The notes beneath the pieces were generated by a model. That model had not been told where the DNA came from, searched no databases, and was given only the letters and a program-made list of their open reading frames with translations. Positions 1 through 7,681 of a DNA stretch of 20,000 nucleotides are shown piece by piece. This DNA is from Thermoprotei archaeon. GTDB lineage: Archaea; Thermoproteota; Nitrososphaeria; Geothermarchaeales; JDFR-13. Each line of letters begins with the position of its first letter. Within the stretch, counting starts at the first letter, position 1. The position numbers and the translations under genes were made by a program. The DNA lies in NCBI GenBank assembly GCA_011043415.1, contig DQXH01000050.1:1-20000 (forward strand), in the 5' to 3' direction.

Positions 1-58
1 CAGCATTATTATTTATAGTTAGAAAATAAAAGTTTTAGCTAGATTACAGCCGATGATA

Positions 59-134
59 TGGTGGGCCCGCCAGGATTTGAACCTGGGACCTCCCGCGCGT
101 CAGGCGGGCGTCATAACCTCTAGACCACGGGCCC
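59..134 (-). tRNA. tRNA-Val (GAC)
   Basis: Reverse complement folds as GGGCCCG TG GTCTAGAGGTTATGAC G CCCGC-CTGACGC-GCGGG AGGTC CCAGG-TTCAAAT-CCTGG CGGGCCC A. The 7-nt anticodon loop gives GAC. CCA is encoded directly after the discriminator (59-61). Mature body is 62-134. Confidence 0.95.
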
Positions 135-270
135 ATATTTTCTAGCATTAGTTAATTCATAGAGTAGTTTTAAAATTTTTATGGGTCTTATATCTTAATT
201 CTTTTAATACTCCTAAAAGAATATAAATGATTGAATAATACATTGCTAAATTAGAGTTATATGCTTTTGG

Positions 271-341
271 GGGCCCGTCGTCTAGTGGTAGGACGCCGCC
301 TTGGCATGGCGGAGGCGCGGGTTCGATTCCCGCCGGGTCCA
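271..341 (+). tRNA. tRNA-Ala (GGC)
   Basis: GGGCCCG TC GTCTAGTGGTAGGAC G CCGCC-TTGGCAT-GGCGG AGGC GCGGG-TTCGATT-CCCGC CGGGTCC A. Anticodon GGC, G3:U70 alanine identity pair present. No encoded CCA (followed by TCAT). Confidence 0.95.
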
Positions 342-351
342 TCATCTATTA

Positions 352-1302
352 TTATTTATAAATTTTAATTTCAATAGAATCAAGGTCTTGAATTCTTATG
401 ATCCTATCTTTAAGACCTAAATTTATTAGTAATTCACAGGATTTACAAACCTTTCTTTTAGACGGAAAGCCACAATAAATACATTTATGCAATTTTTCTT
501 CCTCTCCATATTCAGAAAGCTTTTCAGCTATATGTAATATATTGTATACTATTCCAGGCCTATCCTTTTCAAGTTCCTCAATGAATACCCTGACTTTATT
601 TCTAAGGACTGTGGGTCTATAGGGACAATGCTCTGGATAGTATTCAAGTCCCTTTAACTTAGCATATAATATAATTTCTTCTTCTCTAATGTATTTGAGT
701 GGGTAGATTCTGGGAGTAAAGTTCTCTATTTCTGTTCTTTTAGATATAATATGGGTTATGTTACCTTGAATAATATTTAGTAGTAATGTCTGTGCTACGT
801 CATATGCATTATGGCCCGTGAATATACATGCTAACCCGAATTTATTTCCTATTATATCTAGTAACCTCCTTCTCAGAACCCCACAGTATGTGCATGCTAA
901 CTTGGCGTCTCCTAGGAAGTCTATGATTTCATTTAATGTTATTCCAAAGAAGTCTTTAAAACTGACTTTGACATACTTCAAACCTAATTTTCTCATAATG
1001 GATTCTGCATACTTTAATGAGAATTCTCGATAACCCTTAATACCCTCGTCAACCAGAATTCCAAGTATGCTTTCTGAAGGATTCTTAAGCATCTTTCTTA
1101 TGATATAAGCCATTACTACGCTGTCTTTTCCACCCGATACAGCGAGACCTATCTTAATATCCGGCTTCAGGAAACTCCTTATAGTTTTATGAACCTTCTT
1201 CTCTATACTCCTTATAAAATGATTTTTACATAGATTCTCACCCGAATACTTTCTAATATAAATCGCGGGCTTACTACAGTAGCTGCATCTTATGCTCATC
1301 AC
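352..1302 (-). CDS. TtuA/NcsA (CTU1/Ncs6)-type tRNA 2-thiolation protein, PP-loop ATPase
   Basis: ORF 316 aa. N-terminal CxxC...CxxH zinc-binding region, PP-loop SGGKDS, internal CTYCGVLRRR and HCPYRP cysteines typical of the TtuA active site/Fe-S cluster, and C-terminal CxxC...CxxC (CIYCG...CKSC). Confidence 0.88.
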   Translation of the reverse strand: MMSIRCSYCSKPAIYIRKYSGENLCKNHFIRSIEKKVHKTIRSFLKPDIKIGLAVSGGKDSVVMAYIIRKMLKNPSESILGILVDEGIKGYREFSLKYAESIMRKLGLKYVKVSFKDFFGITLNEIIDFLGDAKLACTYCGVLRRRLLDIIGNKFGLACIFTGHNAYDVAQTLLLNIIQGNITHIISKRTEIENFTPRIYPLKYIREEEIILYAKLKGLEYYPEHCPYRPTVLRNKVRVFIEELEKDRPGIVYNILHIAEKLSEYGEEEKLHKCIYCGFPSKRKVCKSCELLINLGLKDRIIRIQDLDSIEIKIYK

Positions 1303-1367
1303 GTATCTAAATTAGAGTTTACGTCAGTTGCTTAAATATAGTTTACAATACTATCATTCAATGGAGA

Positions 1368-1664
1368 ATGATAATGAATGGGTATGTATACGACTTATTG
1401 GGTAACTTTACAAGAGCTATAGATAGTTATATAAGTCAGGTTAAAGAGCTATTGATACATTTAATATGGAAAGCACTTGATATACTATTGTTTATAAGTA
1501 GACCATTATACATATTGCTATTTGTAGTAGGAATTATAGGATATGCTTTTCCGGGTAGTATAAGTTATAGGGCACGTAAAATTATATGGGGGAGTATAAT
1601 ACTAATGATATTCACTGAATTCATATTTCCTCTAATTAGAGGAACTTTCTTAACGCCCGCGTAA
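1368..1664 (+). CDS. Small hypothetical membrane protein (98 aa, about 2 TM segments)
   Basis: ORF downstream of a TATA-like cttaaatata (~1331-1340). Hydrophobic segments PLYILLFVVGIIGYAF and IIWGSIILMIFTEFIFPLI. Convergent with the next gene with a 9-bp gap. Confidence 0.6.
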   Translation: MIMNGYVYDLLGNFTRAIDSYISQVKELLIHLIWKALDILLFISRPLYILLFVVGIIGYAFPGSISYRARKIIWGSIILMIFTEFIFPLIRGTFLTPA

Positions 1665-1673
1665 AATAAACCA

Positions 1674-2654
1674 TTAGTATTTAAAACCTATGATACCACC
1701 TAAAGAACTAATATATCTACCGATACTATCATCCAGTTCCACTATCTCAATGTTAATACAATTTTCGTATGCGTTATATATCAGCTCAATCAAATCAGGT
1801 TTCTCTAAGATTAGACTCTTTAAGACAATTATCTCATATACCATACCATAACGAACACCTTTATCAACCTCATCATACCCGTAAACTACTTTTTTAAACC
1901 TATCTTTATTAATTACCTCATCATATAAGTGAACTATTTTAACATATTTATTCGGTAGTTCTTTGATCTCTTTACTTTTAAGTAATGATAGAATACCTGA
2001 TAAATCAGGGTTAAAATCTCCATAAACAACTTTATCAACATATTTAGCAAACTTCTTAACCAGAAACTTGACGCCGGTATTAAAACCCCCTAATATATAT
2101 GCACCTTTTCGACGCATTTTACTTAATAGATACCTTATTTCCTCTATATCCTCACTTAATCCTGACCCTTGTATATCAGAGTAAGGTATATATTTCTCAA
2201 GTAGAATATGGATATGATCAGATATACTTGCAACTAAATAGCCCGTTATGTCGAGAATCAATATCCCTAAACCAACTCTCTCCCTTCTCTTGCTGAAAAA
2301 AGTGCTCAGATCTACATCTGTTATAATCCATATAGTATCATTAACATTTATATCGCCACCAAGCTTCTTCCCGATTAAATCAGTGTAGCTTGACCTGAGT
2401 ACTTGCCCAGTTATTCTTATAGATTTTAAGTTATGGGATAAATATGTGGCGAGTGGTTTGAGTAATACATCTACATAAACCCGGTCCATCCGTGTATATG
2501 AACTTTTGTCACCGACCTTCTCCTGCCATCCCACTTTCAACATAATGTTTGCATTTCTTTTGGTTAGGAGATGATAAATTATGAGAATATCTAGTTCATC
2601 TTCAATTAGAATATGATAACTATTATATTCCTTTAAATATTCCTTCAATAACAT
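1674..2654 (-). CDS. Divergent Pelota (Dom34)/aRF1-family protein
   Basis: ORF 326 aa. N-terminal Pelota-like pattern (DELDILIIYHLL...RMDRVYVDVLLKP...LKSIRITGQV). Central AYILGGFNTGVKFLV similar to the Pelota domain-2 'AGPGF' strand. Then VVYGYDEVDKGVRYGMVYEIIVL, similar to YGxxEVxxAxxxGAVexLLI, and C-terminal SLGGIIGFKY, similar to LGGIxAxLRY. Start codon overlaps the dnaG stop (TAATG). Confidence 0.72.
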   Translation of the reverse strand: MLLKEYLKEYNSYHILIEDELDILIIYHLLTKRNANIMLKVGWQEKVGDKSSYTRMDRVYVDVLLKPLATYLSHNLKSIRITGQVLRSSYTDLIGKKLGGDINVNDTIWIITDVDLSTFFSKRRERVGLGILILDITGYLVASISDHIHILLEKYIPYSDIQGSGLSEDIEEIRYLLSKMRRKGAYILGGFNTGVKFLVKKFAKYVDKVVYGDFNPDLSGILSLLKSKEIKELPNKYVKIVHLYDEVINKDRFKKVVYGYDEVDKGVRYGMVYEIIVLKSLILEKPDLIELIYNAYENCINIEIVELDDSIGRYISSLGGIIGFKY

Positions 2655-3787
2655 TATTCAAGTGACAGTACTCTAATTCCTTCTGGTATGCGTACAATCG
2701 ATCCTTTCCTCAACCCAACAATAGTTTTGATACCTTTTTTACTACATAGATCTATAAGTCTCTGTGTAATTATACCGTCCAATACAATTGTATCTAATTC
2801 TTCTTCAGACCTCTCTAGGTAGCTTATTAACTCACTTATTGGTACTTTATCCTTAATTTTACCGTCTTTAATCAATGCGGCTTCTAACTTACCATAAACC
2901 TCTTCAATATATTTTTTATATGGTCTGATATCATCCCTCTCTTCAATTAAGAATAGACCTATAGGCTTCTTATTTTCTAATGCTACCTTGATCTCATCGT
3001 ATTTCAAATCTTCTACCTCTTTCCCTTCCGGAGCCATCGCTACATAATCTATTCTTAAAGTTTGAAGAAGCTTCTTTAAATTAAGCAGTCCTCCTCTATC
3101 TCCATCTAAAAACGCGGTGACCTTTTTGCCTTTGACTAGTTTTACGATCTCCTCAGGGATCCTCCCGCCACCGATACTCAGTACATTCGTAATCCCATAT
3201 TTAACTAAGTTTGCTACATCCGCCCTACCCTCAACTAGAATTATTTCGTCAGCTTCTTTAATACCTGGTCCAGCAGCCAATTTTTCCTTACCAATCTTGA
3301 CACTCATAATATGCTTATTTTGCATATGCTTTCTCAACGTATCAAGAATCTCCTCCGCTTTAGGTACTTTACTTAGCCTCCAGCTTTCAAGGATATCTAA
3401 TGCCCTTTTCACTATTCTTTTAATCTTCTCTTCACGTACATCATACAGCCTTTTAAACTTAAATTTAGCCTTATATGGTCCAACTTGATCTACACTCTCA
3501 ACCAAGGCGGCTATCAATGCGGCTGCTTCGATCTCCTTAGTAGTAGTAAGTCTAAGTATTCCTACTGTCCTTCTATCTTTAACTTCCATATGTACGGGGG
3601 TGATACGGCCTATTTTACCAGCTTTAGCTAGTTCTCTCAGGTCAAAAGTAGGTCCAAAAATCCCTTCAGTCTGTCCGAAGATAGCACCTACAATATCACT
3701 TTTCTCTACAACACCATCAATCTCAAACTCAAATTCAATAATATATTTTATATATTCCTTCTCCTCCTCTGAATATTCCTCCACCAT
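2654..3787 (-). CDS. dnaG: Archaeal DnaG-like protein (Toprim domain)
   Basis: ORF 377 aa. Toprim motifs IILVEGRADVANLVKYGITNVLSIGGGRIPEEI and KKVTAFLDGDRGGLLNLKKLL; N-terminal archaeal DnaG signature (KYIIEFEFEIDGVVEKSDIVGAIFGQTEGIFG). Confidence 0.96.
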   Translation of the reverse strand: MVEEYSEEEKEYIKYIIEFEFEIDGVVEKSDIVGAIFGQTEGIFGPTFDLRELAKAGKIGRITPVHMEVKDRRTVGILRLTTTKEIEAAALIAALVESVDQVGPYKAKFKFKRLYDVREEKIKRIVKRALDILESWRLSKVPKAEEILDTLRKHMQNKHIMSVKIGKEKLAAGPGIKEADEIILVEGRADVANLVKYGITNVLSIGGGRIPEEIVKLVKGKKVTAFLDGDRGGLLNLKKLLQTLRIDYVAMAPEGKEVEDLKYDEIKVALENKKPIGLFLIEERDDIRPYKKYIEEVYGKLEAALIKDGKIKDKVPISELISYLERSEEELDTIVLDGIITQRLIDLCSKKGIKTIVGLRKGSIVRIPEGIRVLSLE

Positions 3788-3792
3788 TATCT

Positions 3793-4149
3793 CTACACCT
3801 CTAAATCTCTACTCTTATACATTATGTATATGTACTCATATGAATATCCTCCAAGCTTATTAATTAATGCTTTAAATATACCGTGGATCTCCCTACCATA
3901 TTTATTTGTAAGCTTCTTTATTATATTACGCTCTCTACCTAGTATTTTATATCCACCTAGATCCCTTAATTTAGTTTCTATCACTTTCTTAATTCGCTCG
4001 CCTTCTAAATCAAAGTCTGTTAAAATTAAAACGTATCTTTTATCATCAATATTTAAAACTTTTTTAAGATCACTATAGAGAACTATATCTATATCTCTTC
4101 TGAGTGGGAGATACCTTCTAATAATATTTAAATCACGATTCCCCTCCAC
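3793..4149 (-). CDS. Small Toprim-domain protein; the coding frame probably continues upstream to about 4236-4243
   Basis: ORF from GTG at 4149. Codons upstream in the same frame encode ...EVFRSLPKNTLII before VEGNRD, forming a Toprim motif 1 (IIVEGNRD). Motif 2 is VLILTDFDLEGERI. See the finding on the start anomaly. Confidence 0.75.
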   Translation of the reverse strand: MEGNRDLNIIRRYLPLRRDIDIVLYSDLKKVLNIDDKRYVLILTDFDLEGERIKKVIETKLRDLGGYKILGRERNIIKKLTNKYGREIHGIFKALINKLGGYSYEYIYIMYKSRDLEV

Positions 4150-4259
4150 TATAATTAAGGTATTTTTTGGTAGAGATCTGAAGACCTCAATTATCCGGAC
4201 ATAGTCTTCAATACTTTTTTCAACCTCTTTCGTACTCTATCACCTTAAATTAATATATT

Positions 4260-4413
4260 TATCGCCCGCGTCCAACCCTCTCAGCGTCATCGATGGCATA
4301 TTGCCTTCTCCGCCGAGGCCCTCACGCGGGCTCTAGGGATATTGTCCGTGTAGAGGGTACCCCCACCATCATTAATCCGGTAGGTCCGCCGGAATCTACA
4401 CGGTCTATATCCC
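4260..4413 (-). ncRNA. Double-hairpin H/ACA-type guide sRNA (candidate)
   Basis: GC-rich island in AT-rich DNA. Minus strand, hairpin 1: CCGTGTAGA / TTCCGGCGGA / CCTACCG-GA-TTAAT-GA-TGGTGGG / GGTACCC / TCTACACGG then ACA (4343-4345). That is a 9-bp lower stem, a pocket, a 7-bp upper stem, a k-loop (GA...GA), and the ACA immediately 3'. Hairpin 2: GCCCGCGT / GAGGGC / CTCGGCG-GA-GAAGGCAATATGCCATCGAT-GA-CGCTGAG / AGGGTTGG / ACGCGGGC. That is an 8-bp lower stem, a pocket, a 7-bp upper stem and a k-turn. Confidence 0.8.
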
Positions 4414-4435
4414 AATATAGTGATTTATTATTACA

Positions 4436-4446
4436 GTTTATTAAAT
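4436..4446 (-). promoter_or_regulatory. Possible TATA box for the H/ACA-like RNA, overlapping the pheT stop codon
   Basis: Minus-strand TTTAATAAA centred about 26-28 nt upstream of the GGGATAT at 4413. Position-based inference only. Confidence 0.35.
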
Positions 4447-6108
4447 GAAATACTCATTAAATAGCTTTTTAACATCAATCTCTAGGCATGCTATAGGAAC
4501 CTCTAATTTGAAATTTAATAATACATCTGGATGAATCTCTCCGATTACACCGCAATCAGTCTCATTATAATATATTTTACCTACTCTTCCGGGTATGAAG
4601 CTACTATGCTTTATCGGATTAATTGTATATCCCTTCTTATTATAAATCATCATTATAGAATCCAGCACCGCTTTAATATCATTATACGATACATTTGGTC
4701 CCGCAATCGCACATGCTAAATGCAACTCACCTTCAATATTCGATTTATTAAAAACATATCCAATTTCAAATATCTTCTGAGGATACTCCTCCTTTTTACT
4801 GATTTCCAAACTTTCTAGTAGCTGAGGAATTATCCACGTTCTTAAGACTTTATACGATGGAGTTTTAGAGTGCTCAACCTCGAGATAATTATTTTCATGG
4901 AAATTCATTCTGTTATACAGTATATCTAAGTTGCTTAAATGAGAATGTATCGTTTCTTGAAAACCTAGCCCAACTAATGTATCGACAATCTCTTCTATAA
5001 TTATGGTTCTTGTATCTAGTGACCCGATTGTGAAGAAAATATTTAAATCAGGTTTAAGCTTCCAGAAACCATACCCTATCGCTATATCCTCTATGATATC
5101 TACAGGATGTAATATATCGATTCTATAAGGTGGGATGATAACTTTAATTTTCTTACCTGAAACTGATTTAACACCCAACCTAGAGGCTTCAATAGAGGAT
5201 ATTATATCATTAAGTGAGAGGTTTAAGCCCAGGAGCCTATTTACATCATCTATATCTATCTCAATCTCATCATACTCTAGTTTTGGAGTATTATATATAC
5301 CTACTTCAGGATCATTAATTTGAGTTAAATATAATTCAGCCCCGTAATCGTGTAGTGTAGCAGCTAGGATATCTATAGTTTTCAAAACTAAATTAAAGTC
5401 TATACCAGTAACGTCAATAAATAGGTTCCTAGTATCCACCGTAACAATAGTATCAATACCATTTATTATAGGTGGAAATGATAATACTTTACCCTCACGA
5501 TCGATTAATATGGGATACTGAGATACTCCCTCAAGTATATATCCATATTCGATACCCTTCGGGTGATAAGCTAAAATATCATGTATACTCATCTCTGTAT
5601 TCGATTCTAAAGGAATAAATTTAAAATCGGAGTCTACAGTTTTATACTTCACAGGAAATTTTATAATGTCGAAATTGTGTAAACCTATCGAAATTTTCCT
5701 TCTTTTTCTACCTATCCCTTGATGAAGATCCTCCTGAAACTCTATTAACTCAGTTAGTAAAGCCTCATCTAAATGGATATTTTTAGCGACTAAGGTCGCA
5801 ATATATGGTCTCACATTTTTAACTGAACTTTTAACTGTAACCGAGTATTTCTTTGAGAACGAATTGTTGATATTATATTTTATAATCCCTCTCTCTAAAT
5901 TCTTTAAACCTTTATACGTCCTTAAAATACCTATCAGAGTCCCATAATCAGGTCTATTAGGATTATACTCGATCTTAATATATTCATCAGTTACATCTTC
6001 AATATCTACACCTATCCATGCAATCCACTTTTTAAACTCACTTGGATCCTCGTCAATATAGTTTCTAAGTCTATCGAATTCGATAGTAATAACAGGCATG
6101 CTATACAC
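4441..6108 (-). CDS. pheT: Phenylalanyl-tRNA synthetase beta subunit
   Basis: ORF 555 aa. N-terminal MPVITIEFDRLRNYI; EYNPNRPDYGTLIGILRTYKGL; B5-like and C-terminal catalytic-like domains (EVEHSKTPSYKVLRTWIIPQLLESL, FEIGYVF). Overlaps pheS by 8 nt. Confidence 0.95.
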   Translation of the reverse strand: MYSMPVITIEFDRLRNYIDEDPSEFKKWIAWIGVDIEDVTDEYIKIEYNPNRPDYGTLIGILRTYKGLKNLERGIIKYNINNSFSKKYSVTVKSSVKNVRPYIATLVAKNIHLDEALLTELIEFQEDLHQGIGRKRRKISIGLHNFDIIKFPVKYKTVDSDFKFIPLESNTEMSIHDILAYHPKGIEYGYILEGVSQYPILIDREGKVLSFPPIINGIDTIVTVDTRNLFIDVTGIDFNLVLKTIDILAATLHDYGAELYLTQINDPEVGIYNTPKLEYDEIEIDIDDVNRLLGLNLSLNDIISSIEASRLGVKSVSGKKIKVIIPPYRIDILHPVDIIEDIAIGYGFWKLKPDLNIFFTIGSLDTRTIIIEEIVDTLVGLGFQETIHSHLSNLDILYNRMNFHENNYLEVEHSKTPSYKVLRTWIIPQLLESLEISKKEEYPQKIFEIGYVFNKSNIEGELHLACAIAGPNVSYNDIKAVLDSIMMIYNKKGYTINPIKHSSFIPGRVGKIYYNETDCGVIGEIHPDVLLNFKLEVPIACLEIDVKKLFNEYFI

Positions 6109-7603
6109 CCTTCTCTACTGACAATTTTCTAAGCCATCCTAAATCATTCTTATATATGACCCGTATATCATTTAAATCATATTTTAACATTAGTAGTCTT
6201 TCTAATCCTAACCCCCATGCAAGCACAGGCCATTTAACACCTAACGGAAGCGTGACCTCTGGTCTAAATATACCCGCACCACCTAATTCAAGCCACTTTC
6301 CAATTTTATCTACGTAAATAGATGGTTGTAATGATGGTTCAGTATAGGGGAAGTAACTAGGCCAGAACTTTACTTTATTATAACCCATACGCTTATAGAA
6401 ATACTCGATAATTCCTAATAACCATCTTAAATTAGCATTAGGGTGAATCACTATTCCATCCACTTGCATAAATTCTACTAAATGCTTATAGTCTACAGTC
6501 TCATTTCTAAATACGCTACCTATACAGAATATCTTATCCGGCTTTTCACCAGTTTCATATAGGGCTCTTACGGTTACTGCAGTTGTATGTGTTCTTAATA
6601 CTAACTTCTTAGCCTCATTTAACGACCAGGTATATCCCCACCCTTTTGATCCAGTTATCCAGCCGTTTTCATGAGTTTTCTTAATAGGCTCTATTAATTC
6701 GGGATAGGGAATGACACCGTAACTAGGTTCTTTAATATAGAATGTATCTTGCATATCCCTAGCCGGATGATCCTGAGGCTGAAATAACATATCGAAATTT
6801 ATAAACGATAATTCAATTAATGGCCCAGTAGCCTCTCTAAAGCCTAATGCTAAGAAGATCTCCCTCACCTCTCTAATTAGCTCATGCATAGGATGAGCCC
6901 TTCCAGGATATACCCGATATACCTCGGCATTTAGATCATACGGCTTAAATTTTCTTCCAATCCACAACCTTTTCTTAATAATTGTAGGGGAGAGAGAAGT
7001 AATCCACTTACTTTCAAGATACTCAATAATTTTAGAGTAGTCTCCCGTTATTTCAATATAAATATCTTTAATTCTTCTGATTTTAAAGAAACCTGGTCTC
7101 TTTAATAATTGATCCAATAATTTCTTCTTAGCTATATCTAAATCAGCAATCTTTAGACCTTCTTTATCCAAGACCTCCTTAACAAACTGAAACTTAAAAT
7201 TCATTTCTTGATCCAATTCTCTACGTAGTATTTTAATATATACGGTTTTATCGATCTTTTTAAAATCTATTATTTTACTGTTATATAAAATCGATAGCCC
7301 AGCCTTGAAATCGTCCTCATCGAGTTCAGTTAATTTATTCCTTAATTCTGATAGAGGGACTTCATTACCCGGATAAGATTTTAGAATATTGAAAATTTTT
7401 TCTTCAGGTAGGGAACCCAGCTCCTTTAGTTTAAAGCCCGGGTATATATAGTCGAATTCTTTAGAAAATTTTTTCACCAACTTTAATCGTTCTAACTCTT
7501 CAATTTTAGAGAGTATATAGTCTCTAGTTACATTTAAGATATTGGCTAATTCATCTACTGATATATATTTTCTTCCTTTTAGCAACCTATCTAATTCACT
7601 CAT
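6101..7603 (-). CDS. pheS: Phenylalanyl-tRNA synthetase alpha subunit
   Basis: ORF 500 aa. Class II motifs: HPMHELIREVREIFLALGFREATGP, QPQDHPARDMQDTFY, YRPVFRNE-like CIGSVFRNETVDYKH, and C-terminal PVLAWGLGLERLLMLKY. Confidence 0.97.
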   Translation of the reverse strand: MSELDRLLKGRKYISVDELANILNVTRDYILSKIEELERLKLVKKFSKEFDYIYPGFKLKELGSLPEEKIFNILKSYPGNEVPLSELRNKLTELDEDDFKAGLSILYNSKIIDFKKIDKTVYIKILRRELDQEMNFKFQFVKEVLDKEGLKIADLDIAKKKLLDQLLKRPGFFKIRRIKDIYIEITGDYSKIIEYLESKWITSLSPTIIKKRLWIGRKFKPYDLNAEVYRVYPGRAHPMHELIREVREIFLALGFREATGPLIELSFINFDMLFQPQDHPARDMQDTFYIKEPSYGVIPYPELIEPIKKTHENGWITGSKGWGYTWSLNEAKKLVLRTHTTAVTVRALYETGEKPDKIFCIGSVFRNETVDYKHLVEFMQVDGIVIHPNANLRWLLGIIEYFYKRMGYNKVKFWPSYFPYTEPSLQPSIYVDKIGKWLELGGAGIFRPEVTLPLGVKWPVLAWGLGLERLLMLKYDLNDIRVIYKNDLGWLRKLSVEKGV

Positions 7604-7681
7604 TCTATCTCACTATCACACATTGTATAACTATTAAAAAATATTAGGATAATAATACCCAAAATATATTATTGAAACTAT

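Noticed and set aside
157-345. Plus-strand 62-aa ORF (MMDPAGIEPAPPPCQGG...)
   Set aside because: The track's translation is the reverse-strand-like reading through the tRNA-Ala(GGC) gene (GIEPAPPPCQGG peptides are a typical spurious tRNA translation) and has no independent support.
1290-1345. Possible box C/D sRNA (minus-strand CTGA near 1324 and GTGATGA near 1296)
   Set aside because: Box order and about 28-nt spacing do not fit C-D'-C'-D architecture, and GTGATGA is the translation start region of the thiolase gene.
3117-3488. 123-aa plus-strand ORF antisense to dnaG
   Set aside because: Overlaps highly conserved DnaG Toprim-coding sequence; low-complexity serine/leucine-rich product typical of antisense frames.
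4260-4413. Structured RNA considered as SRP RNA, RNase P RNA or an intron-containing tRNA
   Set aside because: Lacks the SRP helix 8 loop motif, lacks RNase P conserved core sequences, and has no T-loop/acceptor layout; k-turn hairpins with pockets fit H/ACA better.
7200-7330. CTGA...CGATGAG on the minus strand inside pheS resembling D'/C' boxes
   Set aside because: No matching C and D boxes at the right distances and it lies within conserved coding sequence.
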